Origin: an uncultured candidate division Zixibacteria bacterium | GTDB lineage: Bacteria > Zixibacteria > MSB-5A5 > GN15 > FEB-12 | Length of the DNA: 64,000 bases | Direction: 5' to 3' | Assembly: GCA_963806185.1 (NCBI GenBank) | Contig: CAWDXE010000007.1 | Coordinates: forward strand, 448,001 to 512,000 | Shown here: piece by piece, positions 1-10,285 of the stretch | Layout of the letters: each line of letters begins with the position of its first letter | Numbering within the stretch: position 1 is the first letter of the stretch | The notes under the pieces: model-generated | Database searches by the model: none | The model's input: the letters and a program-made list of their open reading frames with translations, nothing else | What the model was told of the DNA's origin: nothing | Made by a program: the position numbers and the translations under genes

Positions 1-192
1 GCATTGGTATCATTGATCTTTGTTTCCTATAGAGTTTTATTGTTTCCCCTGGTAGCCCTGTATATATTGTTCGGCATTGTGCGCGAGGTATACCGTCTGT
101 TTACGGTTGGGGTGACCAAAGTGACCGGCCGCCAGTACGGGCGTCGTCGGACAGACCATAAGGAAGAAATGGAAGATTTTCATGACCAATAA
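1..192 (+). CDS. C-terminal fragment of a membrane protein, possibly a CDP-alcohol phosphatidyltransferase (PssA-like); 5' truncated by the window edge
   Basis: Hydrophobic helices followed by a charged tail; overlaps the purS start. Product is a guess from gene context only. Confidence 0.35.
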   Translation, partial: ALVSLIFVSYRVLLFPLVALYILFGIVREVYRLFTVGVTKVTGRQYGRRRTDHKEEMEDFHDQ

Positions 193-433
193 TACCAAGG
201 CCGTCGTGTATGTCCGATTGAAAGAGGGCGTGCTCGACCCGCAGGGTGTGACGATTCAGAAGGCGCTGTCCCAGATGGGGTACAGCGATTTTGTTTCAGT
301 GCGCTCGGGCAAGTTCTTTGAGCTTGAGGTGGATGGTGACGCCAAAGATATCGATCGGAAGATTGATGAGGTTTGCAGCAAGTTGCTGGCGAATCCAGTG
401 GTAGAGAAGTACACGGTGGAGAAGGTCGGATGA
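182..433 (+). CDS. purS: Phosphoribosylformylglycinamidine synthase subunit PurS
   Basis: [19 protein letters not shown] and KLLANPVVE motifs; 83 aa; ATGA overlap with purQ. Confidence 0.95.
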   Translation: MTNNTKAVVYVRLKEGVLDPQGVTIQKALSQMGYSDFVSVRSGKFFELEVDGDAKDIDRKIDEVCSKLLANPVVEKYTVEKVG

Positions 434-1143
434 AATTCGGCGTCGTGACATTTCCGGGTTCGAATTGCGATTATGACGCATACGCGGCAGTGAAGCACGT
501 GCTGGGCGAAGAGGTCGAGTTTCTGTGGCACAAGTCGCATGATTTGACCGGATCGGACGTGGTAGTACTACCGGGTGGGTTTTCTTACGGCGACTATCTT
601 CGGGCGGGGGCACTGGCGCGATTTTCTCCGATTATGCAGGAAGTGGTGAAGTTCGCCGAGTCGGGCGGACTGGTGATAGGCATCTGCAACGGTTTCCAGG
701 TGTTGACCGAAAGCGGGTTGCTCCCGGGAACACTGATGCGGAACGAGCATCTTCGGTTTGCCTGCAAGTTCACGAATCTTCGGGTGGAAAACGCGCAGAC
801 GCCGTGGACGCAGGCGTGCGTGAAGGGGGAGGTATTGCGGGTGCCGATTGCGCATGGCGAGGGGAATTACTATCACTTTGACGGCAATATCAAGGAGTTG
901 GAAGAGGCCGGGCAGGTGGTATTTCGGTATGTCGACGAGCAGGGTCGGGAGACGGCGGAGGCGAACCCGAACGGATCGTTGCACAATATCGCAGGTATAA
1001 TCAACCAAACAGGCAACGTCCTGGGCATGATGCCGCATCCGGAGCGGGCCGTGGAGTCGATATTGGGATCGGCGGACGGCCTTAAAGTGTTTGAGTCGAT
1101 CCGGATGGCATGCCGCAAGATGACGGCAGTGGGGAACAGGTGA
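430..1143 (+). CDS. purQ: Phosphoribosylformylglycinamidine synthase glutaminase subunit PurQ
   Basis: [27 protein letters not shown] and MMPHPER motifs; start ATG at 430. Confidence 0.97.
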   Translation: MKFGVVTFPGSNCDYDAYAAVKHVLGEEVEFLWHKSHDLTGSDVVVLPGGFSYGDYLRAGALARFSPIMQEVVKFAESGGLVIGICNGFQVLTESGLLPGTLMRNEHLRFACKFTNLRVENAQTPWTQACVKGEVLRVPIAHGEGNYYHFDGNIKELEEAGQVVFRYVDEQGRETAEANPNGSLHNIAGIINQTGNVLGMMPHPERAVESILGSADGLKVFESIRMACRKMTAVGNR

Positions 1144-1406
1144 AGCGACGGGAATTGACGTTTATCATCACGGCGCTGATATTGGCGGCTGTGCTGGGGG
1201 GAGTGGTGGGGGACGTTCTCGGGACGTTTCTACCGGATGGGGCGGCGAAAACGGTGTTTTCGAACGCGGTGCAGATCGGTTTCAGTCCGGTGAATGTGGA
1301 TTTATGGGCGATTTCGATGACTTTCGGACTGAAATTTAAGATCAACTTTATGTCGTTGTTGTTTGTTAGTCTAGTAGTCGCGTATTTTCGTTGGTGGTAT
1401 TTATAG
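1140..1406 (+). CDS. Small membrane protein, DUF4321-like
   Basis: GTGA overlap with the purQ stop; two TM segments with a '[15 protein letters not shown]' pattern. Confidence 0.65.
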   Translation: MKRRELTFIITALILAAVLGGVVGDVLGTFLPDGAAKTVFSNAVQIGFSPVNVDLWAISMTFGLKFKINFMSLLFVSLVVAYFRWWYL

Positions 1407-1430
1407 AGGTCGCGGACCTCAGGAGGCTGT

Positions 1431-1661
1431 ATGTTTGGCATGGGCCCATGGGAAATGTTGTTAATCTTCCTGGTTGTCCTGCTGTTGTTTGGAGCCAAGA
1501 AGTTGCCGGAGATCGCCCAGGGGCTGGGTAAGGGGATTCGCGAATTCAAGCGAGCGATGCGCGATACGACCGACGACATCAACCAACCACCAGTCAATCA
1601 ACCGCCGGTCAATCAGCCGCGGTTGCCGGACGACACCAAGAACCAGCAGCATCCACATTAA
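1431..1661 (+). CDS. tatA: Twin-arginine translocase TatA/E subunit
   Basis: MFGMGPWE...[31 protein letters not shown]. Confidence 0.95.
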   Translation: MFGMGPWEMLLIFLVVLLLFGAKKLPEIAQGLGKGIREFKRAMRDTTDDINQPPVNQPPVNQPRLPDDTKNQQHPH

Positions 1662-1690
1662 AGATGTTTGTGGTGCGGGAGCCCCGGGGT

Positions 1691-2152
1691 ATGACGACCA
1701 GCTTCACAAAAGATGATGCCGACAAGATCGGCGGGATACTTGGCGCGGAAAAGATCACGGTCGACAAGGACCATTTCCGCATTCGTGTAGCGAACGCGGA
1801 AGAGAAGCGAATACTTATTCTGGAGGTATACGGCGAAGTGAATCTCGGACGGGGCCGGGGGATGCTGGTGGTCGTCTATACCGGTAACTCCCATCTGCAA
1901 TTGCATAATTGCACGGGGTACGTCGTCTCGGAGGAGTTGGGCGAGGTCACGTTTGTGGCAGACACGCCGCCGCATCTGTCCGGGCTGGTGGTCGAGAAGG
2001 GGGCGAGCTGCTCTCTGTATGCTGCGCTTGACCGGGCGTTGATTTCGTCGGACTTCACGCAATTGGGGGTGGAGGTGATGCTTTCGGGGGTGGCGTTGTC
2101 GCTGGCCGAGGAGGTACTCAATCGACCGGGCGGAGACAAACCGTCGAAGTAA
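1691..2152 (+). CDS. Hypothetical protein
   Basis: 153-aa ORF with normal codon usage, followed by a terminator; alternative start at 1664. Confidence 0.65.
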   Translation: MTTSFTKDDADKIGGILGAEKITVDKDHFRIRVANAEEKRILILEVYGEVNLGRGRGMLVVVYTGNSHLQLHNCTGYVVSEELGEVTFVADTPPHLSGLVVEKGASCSLYAALDRALISSDFTQLGVEVMLSGVALSLAEEVLNRPGGDKPSK

Positions 2153-2182
2153 CAGAGCGGCAGTTTACCTATTGACAATATG

Positions 2183-2218
2183 AAAGCGGCAGGCGAAGCG
2201 CCTGCCGCTGTTTTTTTA
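2183..2218. terminator. Probable bidirectional intrinsic terminator
   Basis: AGCGGCAGGC/GCCTGCCGCT stem with a T-tract on one side and AAA on the other, between convergent genes. Confidence 0.8.
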
Positions 2219-2219
2219 C

Positions 2220-4583
2220 TTATGGCTGTACTGGTGGCGGTCCCTCCATGAAGAGGTAGCCGACCAACCAGGTGAGATCGCCAATGTCCAGATTCAGGTT
2301 GGGCTCGGCGTCACCGGATTGAATGGTGACCGGCGGCGGGCCGAACATGAAGAGGTTGATAATCAGCGTCGTGAGGTCGCCGATGTCGATGTTGAAATCG
2401 GGCGAGTTATCGGCGTTGCCGCGACGGACATATCTGGTGCGGGCCGCACCGGCGAAGCTGGTAGGGTAATATGTAATGGCGGCGGCGGCGTGCAGGGTCG
2501 GAACGATGGCGCTCACGATGGCGGTGTCGACGGGAACCGCCAGGGAGCCGAGAGCAAACTTGTCGGTCTTTAGATAGAGACGCAACACCTCACCGCTTCC
2601 GGGGGGGAGGGGGGAAGTGGAAGACTCGAGTGAGTAGCAGTATCTGTGGTCGCCGAAGCCAAGAATCGAGAGGCTCCAGTTGCTGGCCGTACGGGTACCA
2701 CGCACAATTGAATCAACGGTGGTAGTGAAGGGGACCTTGGCGATTTCAAACGGGATAATAATCTGGTCAAGCGTCTGCGAGTTGGTCAGGTTGAAGGATA
2801 TGGCGACCTCCTGGCCGGCGTAAACGGAGTCGGTTTCGATCAACAGCGTGTCGCCGGTAACCAGGATGTATCCCGGGCGCGAATCAGTGAGGGGTCCATA
2901 GAGCGCGGTTTCAACAGTCAGGGAAACGTTGTACGAACCGCCGGTTTGATATTGATGTACGGGGCTCTGTAAGCCGGACGTACCACCGTCACCAAAATCC
3001 CACGCCCATGAGGTGGGGCTCAGGAATGACGCGCCGGTAAACTGAACCGTGAGCGGTCCGTTGCCGACGCGAACGTCGGCGTTCATGCTGACGCCGTAGC
3101 CGACCGCGGAGTTGGCATTCACGATACCATAGCCGTACGTGTTGTCGGGCGTGGAGGCGAGGCTGGCCGTGAGTCGGATAGCATCGCGAATGAGCGAGGG
3201 TGGCCAGTCGGGATGAGCCTGGACCATGAGGCAGGCGACTCCGGCGACCAGCGGGGTCGACAGGGAAGTGCCGCCTACGGCAGTATAGGCGCTATCGCCG
3301 CCGGAGCTGGCGCAATAGGTACTGACGCCCATGGCGCAGACATCGGGTTTGAGGCGGCCGTCGTATGTCGGTCCGCGAGAGGAGAAGCCGGCGATGGTGC
3401 CGGAAGAGTTGACCGCGCCGATAGACAGGATATTGAAGGCATCGGCGGGGGCTGACAGCGTGCCGGCGCTGGGGCCGGCATTGCCCATGGAATTGCAGAC
3501 GATGATGCCGAGGCTGTCGGCAGTGCCGGCGGCAATCGAAATCGGGGCGGTAATGCCGTTCATATCGGAATAGTCATACCAATCGGAGTAGCCGAGGGAC
3601 GAAGTGATGACATCGGCGCCGAGTCCCGAGACCCATTCGAGGGCGGCGATCCAGTTGTCTTCTTCTACAATGGTCTCGCTTCGGACATCTTCAGTTTTGC
3701 ACAGAATGAAGCTCGCCTTGTAGGCCGGGCCGTACATTTTGCCGTCGCGATAGCCTCCCGAAGTAGACCAGATGTAGGTGCCGTGATCCCACTGGTTGGA
3801 GGCGTCGCCGGCCTCGTTGGAGGTGTTGCCGTCGTTAAAAATAAAATCGTGTTCGGCGAGGACACGGCCGGCGGCATAGTGGTTGGCAAAAGCCTGGTGG
3901 GTCTTTCTAAAGCCGGTATCGAAGATGGCGAGAATGACGCCGGAACCGTCATACCCTCTGGTGTGCACGGCCGGGACATTGATCTGGGTGAGTTGGGTGA
4001 GCGACCCGCCGTAGTTGAGAGCGTCGGCATTCTGGCTGCTGCGCTCGAGATCCTCGCGCAAATCCTCAGCCTGAGGAAGTTCCTCTTTATAGACCGACAT
4101 TGGCCGAACCTCGAGAACAAAGGGGAGAGCCGCTACAGCGTTGAGCTGGTCGACGGGGAGTTCAAAGCTGGCGGCGTTGAGCCAGGCAGAGGTACGTCGC
4201 AGTTTGCCACCAGCGGCGACGATCTGATCAAGGTACGTCCGGGTGACGGGGAGGTCGGCAAAGACGACGTGATTCATGCCGGTCTTGGTGCGTCGTTTGG
4301 CGGACTTATCGAGTGAGACGGCGGCCGCGGCGGCGTCAAATTGAGCGCGGTCAAACACGCCTTTGTCGGTGAAGAAGACCCAGACGCGGGCTGCCGAGCC
4401 GTCGCGCTGGACGAGGAAATCACGAGTATCAGCAGCGACCGTGACTGCGGTCTTGCGAATGGTGACGGGCTCGGGGAGGAGGAAGGCACTGGCGGCCAGA
4501 ACCTGGCCGGCCAGAAGACCGGACATAACGAACGAGGCCGTCAGGAGGAGACGCTTACGGAGACTCATGGACGGACGGAACAT
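2220..4583 (-). CDS. Secreted S8 (subtilisin-family) serine peptidase with PKD, cohesin-like and C-terminal dockerin domains
   Basis: Signal peptide; triad DTG/HGT/GTSLS; WDFGDG PKD motif; duplicated 'DIGDLT.L...LF..GP' dockerin; SD AGAAGGGA before the ATG at 4583. Confidence 0.9.
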   Translation of the reverse strand: MFRPSMSLRKRLLLTASFVMSGLLAGQVLAASAFLLPEPVTIRKTAVTVAADTRDFLVQRDGSAARVWVFFTDKGVFDRAQFDAAAAAVSLDKSAKRRTKTGMNHVVFADLPVTRTYLDQIVAAGGKLRRTSAWLNAASFELPVDQLNAVAALPFVLEVRPMSVYKEELPQAEDLREDLERSSQNADALNYGGSLTQLTQINVPAVHTRGYDGSGVILAIFDTGFRKTHQAFANHYAAGRVLAEHDFIFNDGNTSNEAGDASNQWDHGTYIWSTSGGYRDGKMYGPAYKASFILCKTEDVRSETIVEEDNWIAALEWVSGLGADVITSSLGYSDWYDYSDMNGITAPISIAAGTADSLGIIVCNSMGNAGPSAGTLSAPADAFNILSIGAVNSSGTIAGFSSRGPTYDGRLKPDVCAMGVSTYCASSGGDSAYTAVGGTSLSTPLVAGVACLMVQAHPDWPPSLIRDAIRLTASLASTPDNTYGYGIVNANSAVGYGVSMNADVRVGNGPLTVQFTGASFLSPTSWAWDFGDGGTSGLQSPVHQYQTGGSYNVSLTVETALYGPLTDSRPGYILVTGDTLLIETDSVYAGQEVAISFNLTNSQTLDQIIIPFEIAKVPFTTTVDSIVRGTRTASNWSLSILGFGDHRYCYSLESSTSPLPPGSGEVLRLYLKTDKFALGSLAVPVDTAIVSAIVPTLHAAAAITYYPTSFAGAARTRYVRRGNADNSPDFNIDIGDLTTLIINLFMFGPPPVTIQSGDAEPNLNLDIGDLTWLVGYLFMEGPPPVQP

Positions 4584-4648
4584 AGGTTTCCCTTCTAAAA
4601 TCATTGGCGGGACGCGCGAGGTACGTCGGCACGTAATTGTATACTCCT

Positions 4649-4676
4649 AATGTATGTCGGGCCAACCATTTGTCAA
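4649..4676 (-). promoter_or_regulatory. Putative sigma70 promoter of the S8 peptidase gene
   Basis: TTGACA-N16-TACATT on the minus strand. Confidence 0.5.
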
Positions 4677-4837
4677 CGCAAATTGCGGCCGGTCGAGAGG
4701 TATGGGAGTCGGCCCATACAAACAGCCCGGCAACCGGCTTTGCGCCGACGGCAGCGACCCGATTTGGATCGCGCTAATCGCCTATGTAGTAATCGGCAAG
4801 CGGGAGAATCTCAACACTGCCGAGATAGAAGCGGGTC

Positions 4838-4854
4838 AAGGCACGGCATATGCT
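4838..4854 (+). promoter_or_regulatory. Putative sigma54 (-24/-12) promoter of the pilin gene
   Basis: AAGGCACGGCATATGCT = GG-N10-GC with a GGCACG core, about 57 nt before the ATG. Confidence 0.6.
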
Positions 4855-4911
4855 TGTTCAGTGTCAGAGTTATTCGCCATCAACGTCCGGGTAAGGCAAA
4901 TAGGTGAAGCT

Positions 4912-5418
4912 ATGCAACGTTCAACGGTAAGACAGTCCGGGTTTACGCTCATCGAGCTGATGGTCACCACGGTGATCATCGGTATCATCTCAAGTATGGC
5001 AGTGCCGCACTTTCAGGTGGCGTATGAGCGGCTGAAACTGAGATCGGCAATGCGAGACATGTCGTCTACGCTTCGACTGGCGCGGTCGACCGCGATATCG
5101 ACCAAAGAGCAGTACGGGGTGTATTTCAATTCGGCTGATCGAACGGTTACGCTTTTCAAAGATAAGGCTGACCTGACCAGTTACATTTATACTACCGCCG
5201 ATTCGGTGCTTCGCGTCGACACGTTGCCGCGCCAAATGGTGTGGCTTGACACTGACTGTGACAACGACGTCATCACGTTTCGTCCGAACGGCTCAGCCGG
5301 ATTTACCGGTAACGGCAATATCTGGTCATTGGGGTATACGCCGAAAGTAATCGGGACATCAACGACCAGCGTTTTGGCCTCGACTGGTCGGGTAGCGATG
5401 CAGGTCTGGATGTATTGA
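4912..5418 (+). CDS. Type IV minor pilin / GspH-FimT family pseudopilin
   Basis: Prepilin cleavage motif QSG|FTLIEL followed by a hydrophobic helix; 'LRLARSTAI' and 'ITFRPNG' FimT-like motifs. Confidence 0.88.
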   Translation: MQRSTVRQSGFTLIELMVTTVIIGIISSMAVPHFQVAYERLKLRSAMRDMSSTLRLARSTAISTKEQYGVYFNSADRTVTLFKDKADLTSYIYTTADSVLRVDTLPRQMVWLDTDCDNDVITFRPNGSAGFTGNGNIWSLGYTPKVIGTSTTSVLASTGRVAMQVWMY

Positions 5419-5490
5419 TTCCGGTGCGGTGAGCGGGGACGGCCGAATCGAGTTGATGGCAGCGCCGGGGACGGCGTAATCAGAGGTATG

Positions 5491-5520
5491 AGCCCCATCC
5501 TGAGGGATGGGGCTTTTCAT
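5491..5520 (+). terminator. Intrinsic terminator
   Basis: AGCCCCATCC-TGAG-GGATGGGGCT followed by TTT. Confidence 0.75.
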
Positions 5521-5559
5521 TTGGCGGAGAAGGGGTTGCAGGAAAAAACCGAGGACGGT

Positions 5560-5696
5560 TCAACTTTTGGTCAGGAATGGCCGATACTCTGAGACGACCA
5601 GCCAGAAGGGAAGAATTCTCCCTGAAAGCTTCTCGGGAAGGGGAGGGGGAAAATTCGGAGGCTGAGGGTTAATTGCCTAAGGATTCATGCCGATAC
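5560..5696 (+). promoter_or_regulatory. Two tandem sigma28 (FliA/WhiG)-like promoters upstream of pilM
   Basis: TCAA-N16-GCCGATAC (5560-5587) and TAAT-N15-GCCGATAC (5670-5696). Confidence 0.5.
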
Positions 5697-5759
5697 ACTA
5701 ACAGGAACGATGTGCCTGTCAAATGGAAATGAAAGACACTTTAGGATAAAGAGATTGCC

Positions 5760-6813
5760 ATGATCTTTGCACGACGGAGCAACAGTACGGTCGGGCTGGA
5801 TATCGGCGCCAGTTCGATCAAGCTGGTGAAGTTGAATCACTCGCGGACGGGGTATTCGGTGGCCGCGATCGGCATCCGCGAACTGCCGCCGGAGGCGATC
5901 GTCGCCGATGAGATTCGCGATCGCGAAGCGGTCATCTTCAACATCCAGTCGCTGATCGATCAGACCGACCCCAAGATCAAAGACGTGGTCGTGTCGATTT
6001 CCGGCCACGGCGTGATCACCGACAAGTTCACCATCGACAAGAAGACCGGGCCGGAGCGGAGCAGGCGATCCTGTTCGAAACCGAACAGCGGGCGCCCGTT
6101 CGACGTCGACGACGTCTCGCTGGACTACCACGTCATCAAGACCGACGACGAAATCAACAAGATGGACGTCCTGCTGGTCGCCGCCCGCGAAGGAGTACCT
6201 CCAGATGTATCTTGAGACTGATCGAGGACTGCGGGCTGCGTCCGGTGATCGTCGACGACGACGCGTTCGCCATGCTCAACGCCTACGAGAACAACTACGA
6301 CATCGATCCGACCAAGATGACGGCGCTGGTGAATATCGGGCACGACGTCACCAACATCACGTTCTGCACGACGGGATGTTCAAGGCGACGCGCGACGTAT
6401 CGGCCGGAACGCGCGAAATCTACAACGCCATCCAGAAGGAATTCCGTCTGAATCCGGAACTGACCAGCAAGGCGATCAAGGGTGAGATGTCGGACACGAT
6501 CGACCAGGACATGCTCAAGGCGACGATCGTGTCGGCGACCGATGAACTGATCTCCGGCATCGAGCTGGCGTTCTCGTATTTCAGATCGCAGACCAAGATT
6601 GAAACCATCGACTGGATCGTGCTGTCCGGCGGCGGCGCCTTGGTTCCGTACCTGCCCGAGTACCTGCAGTCGAAGCTGAATATCCCGCTGGAAATCGCCA
6701 ATCCGCTGCGCAACGTCGATTATGATCCGGAGTTGTTCCAGTACCTGCAGCCGGAGAAGATCGCGCCGTTGCTGACGGTCTCGGTCGGCTTAGCCATGCG
6801 GAAAGTGAGGTAG
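5760..6813 (+). CDS. pilM: Type IV pilus assembly protein PilM (about 5 single-base indels in the assembly)
   Basis: VGLDIGASSIKLV, VNIGHDVT, VLSGGGA and VGLAMR actin-fold motifs spread over three frames; indels near 6056, 6095, 6189, 6217 and 6364. Confidence 0.9.
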
Positions 6814-6819
6814 TTTCCC

Positions 6820-7594
6820 ATGATAGAAATAAATCTACTTCCGAAAGAGTACCGCAAGAGGCGGGGCCGGTTTCTCGTTCGGCAAGAGCGGCATGTATGT
6901 CGCCGGCGGGGCGTTGGTCTGGCTGTCGATGCTGATCGGCGTCACCTTCTGGCAGATGCAGCAGTTGAACCGTCTGGAGAGCAACATCGACAAGGCGAAT
7001 CAGCGGGCGGCCATGCTTCGGCAGGACATCCAGATGGTCGATGCGCTGACCGACGTGAAAGACAAGATCACGCGGCGAATGACGGCGGTCGAGCGACTCG
7101 ACCGCAACCGTTCGTCGTGGGTGCGCATACTCGAGGACGTGGCGAACGACGTACCGGAATTCGTCTGGCTGGGTTCATTCAAGGAGATCAGCAAGACGGA
7201 GAAGAAGGCGGCGACCACGACCAAGCAGAACTCCGACGGTACGACGGGTATCGTGCAGAACGAGCCGTCCGCCGGAGCGAAGGCGCCAGCGGCCGGAGCC
7301 GGGGAGCAGCAGACGCTGCCGGTGCAGCAGATTGAGGTCGAGGGGTATGCCTTCTCGCTCAATTCGCTGGCCGCGCTGATGATCAATCTGATGCGGTCGG
7401 ATTTCTTCGACGATGTCGAATTGAAGTCGACCACGGAGACGAAGTTCGGCGACGGCTACAAGGCGTACACGTTTGTGCTGGGAGCGAACGTGCATTACCT
7501 GTCGGACGAGGAACTTCGCCAGTTGGCCATGCAGCCCGAAGAGGGGGCAGACGGGGCCGACGCGACATCAACCACTCACGAGAGTCTGAACTAA
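6820..7594 (+). CDS. pilN: Type IV pilus assembly protein PilN (frameshift near 6860)
   Basis: N-terminal INLLP motif in ORF 6820; TM, coiled coil and 'VPEFVWL' in ORF 6893. Confidence 0.88.
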
Positions 7595-7604
7595 GGGAGT
7601 CGTC

Positions 7605-8237
7605 ATGGATTTGAAAGACCCGAAAACGCAGAAGTTCGTGATCGCACTCCTGGCGGCCTTTGTGGTGGTGTACTTATGGTATTCGCGCGTGTATCAGAGC
7701 TACGACGCGAAGATCGATATGAAGAGCCAGGAGTTTGAAACGATTACGACCGATCTTAAGAATGTCGAGATGAAGGCGAAGTCGCTCGAAGCCCTCAAGC
7801 TGGAATACGGCGACTTGTTGAAGCGGTACAACGAGATCGAGGCCCTGCTTCCGGAAGTGAAGCAGATTCCGTCGATGCTGGTGCAGCTCCATACGGCGTC
7901 GGCCATCACCGGCGCGCGGATCACGAAACTTGAGCCGCAGCAAATCGGATCGGAAGAGTTCTACAATATCGCGTCATACAATATAGAGATGACGGGGACA
8001 TATCACGATTTCGGACAGTTTATCAGCTACGTGGCGAACTTTCCGTTTATCGCGAACGTGTCGAACATGAATATCAAGACGCAGAACGTGTCGATCACCA
8101 AGGCGGGACAGGCCAACGTGGAGAGCCCGTCGAAGCCCATGGAGATCGGCAAGAAAAAAGAGACCATAACCGCGAGCTTCACCTTGTCGACGTATTACGT
8201 CAAGGAAGAGGAGCGGTTGAAAGAAGTAGTGCTGTAG
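7605..8237 (+). CDS. pilO: Type IV pilus assembly protein PilO
   Basis: TM, coiled coil, 'LLPEVKQIPSML' and 'GTYHDFGQF'; position after pilN. Confidence 0.9.
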   Translation: MDLKDPKTQKFVIALLAAFVVVYLWYSRVYQSYDAKIDMKSQEFETITTDLKNVEMKAKSLEALKLEYGDLLKRYNEIEALLPEVKQIPSMLVQLHTASAITGARITKLEPQQIGSEEFYNIASYNIEMTGTYHDFGQFISYVANFPFIANVSNMNIKTQNVSITKAGQANVESPSKPMEIGKKKETITASFTLSTYYVKEEERLKEVVL

Positions 8238-8250
8238 GAGGCTGCCAGAG

Positions 8251-10273
8251 ATGAAAAAGATGATCTACACCCTGTTCGTCATCGCGCTGGTCGCTTCGTC
8301 TTCAGCGTATGCTGCGAAAGTGACCACGGTCGCGTTGTCGTATCAGGACAACCAGACAGTGGCTCGGATAGATGTTGACGGCCCGATTCGGTTTGCGCAC
8401 CAGACGGAGATACCCAAGGAGGGGCGCGGGCATCGAGTTATTCTCGACGTCCTGGCGGCCACGCACGGGTTGACCGCCAAGGTGTTCGACAAGCTGCCGG
8501 AGTGTCCGATCACGAGCATCCGCACCAGCCAGTATTCGGTGGATCCGGAGAAGGTAGTGCGAATCGTGTTTGACATGACGAAGGCGCCGTTGTACCGAGT
8601 GGAACAGAAGGGGAATGCCATTTACGTATACTTCACCGACAAGTCGGTGAAGCCGTTCGTCAATTGGTCGTCGGCGACGGTCGTTCCGGCCACGCTGATA
8701 GCGTCGCCGACACCGATGCCGGCGATGGCCAGCGTAACGCCGAAACCGGCGACGGCCGCTGCGGCCAAGCCGGCTACGACTGATGAACAACGGAAGATGG
8801 CGGAGGGCGATCGGATGGCCAGTCTTGGCAGCCCTAAAACGGCTGTCACGACGTCGGTCAAGCCGGCAACGCCAGCGGTCGAGCCGAAACCGGTGGCCAA
8901 GGCAGAACCGACGGCGTCAAAACCGACGACGGTGAACGAGAAGCCGACGGTACCGGCGACGCCGAAGGCGGCTGTCCCGACGACTGTGGCGCAGAAGCCG
9001 GCGGTGGTCGAGGTGACCAAGACGGAGCCGAAGCCGATGGTTCCGGCGACGCCGAAAGCTGAGCCGAAGCCGATGACACCGGCGACGGTGGCGACGGCCA
9101 AACCGGCCACGCCACTTGCGCCGCCCATGCCGGCCACGAAGCCGGTAGTGGCGACAAGCACGCCGACGGTGAAGAAGGAAACGATTCCGGCGGCTGCCGC
9201 GACACCGACACCGGCTGCAAAGCCTGCGACGGTGGCATCGACGCCGACAACGGTGACAAAGCCTGCGACGGTGGCATCGACGCCGACAACGCCGGCGACT
9301 GCCAAGCCGATGACAGTGGCGGCAACACCGACCGAGAAGCAGAATATCACGCCGAAGTCCGAGACAGCGACGCCGAAGCCGGCGGTCGTTGCGAGCACTC
9401 CGGCGGTTACGCCGGCCAAGCCGGTAGAGAATAAGCCCGCGACGCCGGTTACTCCGGCGGCGAAGCCTTTGGCAACGCCCGCCGGCGAGAAGCCAGCGAC
9501 GACGCCGGTGGTAGCGGCCAGCAAGCCTACGGCGACACCGGTGGTAGCGCAGCAGACGACCCGACGACGTCAAGCCGGAAGTGAAACCGACGCCGACGAC
9601 GGTGCCTGCAGTTCCAGCTACAATACCTAAGCCGGCGGCTACGCCTGCGGCCACAGTGGCTACCGCAAATCCGACCGACAAGCCGACGGTGGCAAAGCCG
9701 GACAAGGAAGAGCCGAAGCCGACGGTTACGGACAAGGCCGCGATTCCGTCGCCGGAATACGGCGCCGATACCATAGCGGAAGAAGATCTGATGGTGGCGG
9801 TAGATCCGAACGCCCCGGTGGACGAGGAAGATGACCTGACGGAGAGCGACTTGACTGACCGGCCGAACGATACGTCGTCGACCGCTCGATTCCGACGCAA
9901 CCCGGCCCAGGCGGCCAAGTTCAAAGGGACGATGATTGCCGAATTCCCGAAGCGTCTGGTGATCAAGTACCAGTCGAAGGGGCATCGCGATCCGTTTGCG
10001 ACGCTGATCGACGAGAGCCGGACCACCTCGCGCCCGACCGAGAAGGCGGTGCCGAATGTTGACGGACTGCGCCTGGTTGGCATCATCGAGGCGAAGGGAA
10101 TGAACGGAGATCGCGCCCTGTTCGAGGACAAGGATGGGTTCAGCTACATTCTCGAATCCGGTGACAAAGTCCAGAAGGGATACGTGCTTCGGATCGAGGA
10201 CAACACCGTGTACTTCCAGATATTCGAGTATGGCTGGACGCGTACGGTGGCGCTCAAAATGGAAGAGATCTAA
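8251..10273 (+). CDS. AMIN domain - long Pro/Ala/Thr/Lys linker - PilP-like domain fusion (extra base near 9561)
   Basis: Signal peptide; AMIN-like 'RVILDV...SIRTSQY...VRIVFDM'; about 400-aa low-complexity linker; C-terminal 'RDPF...LRLVGII...ALFEDKDG.SYIL..GD' PilP pattern; occupies the pilP slot. Confidence 0.78.
9218..9291 (+). repeat. 35-bp perfect direct repeat (39-bp period) in the linker
   Basis: CAAAGCCTGCGACGGTGGCATCGACGCCGACAACG at 9218 and 9257 (KPATVASTPTT twice). Confidence 0.9.
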
Positions 10274-10285
10274 CGAAAGGCTGGT

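Noticed and set aside
1580..1620. NQPPV x3 repeat in the TatA tail
   Set aside because: TatA C-termini are commonly low-complexity and variable.
4654..4911. N-terminal extension of the pilin ORF (and similar extensions at 373, 11656, 18992, 21995, 38496, 55844)
   Set aside because: Longest-ORF artefacts; SD position, signal peptides and family N-termini point to downstream starts.
5760..6900. pilM/pilN as true pseudogenes or programmed frameshifts
   Set aside because: The indels are partly compensating, lack slippery motifs and occur in unrelated genes across the window; sequencing error is the simpler explanation.
8622..10131. Long antisense ORFs (300 and 404 aa) over the P/A/T/K linker
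   Set aside because: Shadow frames of a low-complexity GC-rich sequence; no RBS or domain signal.
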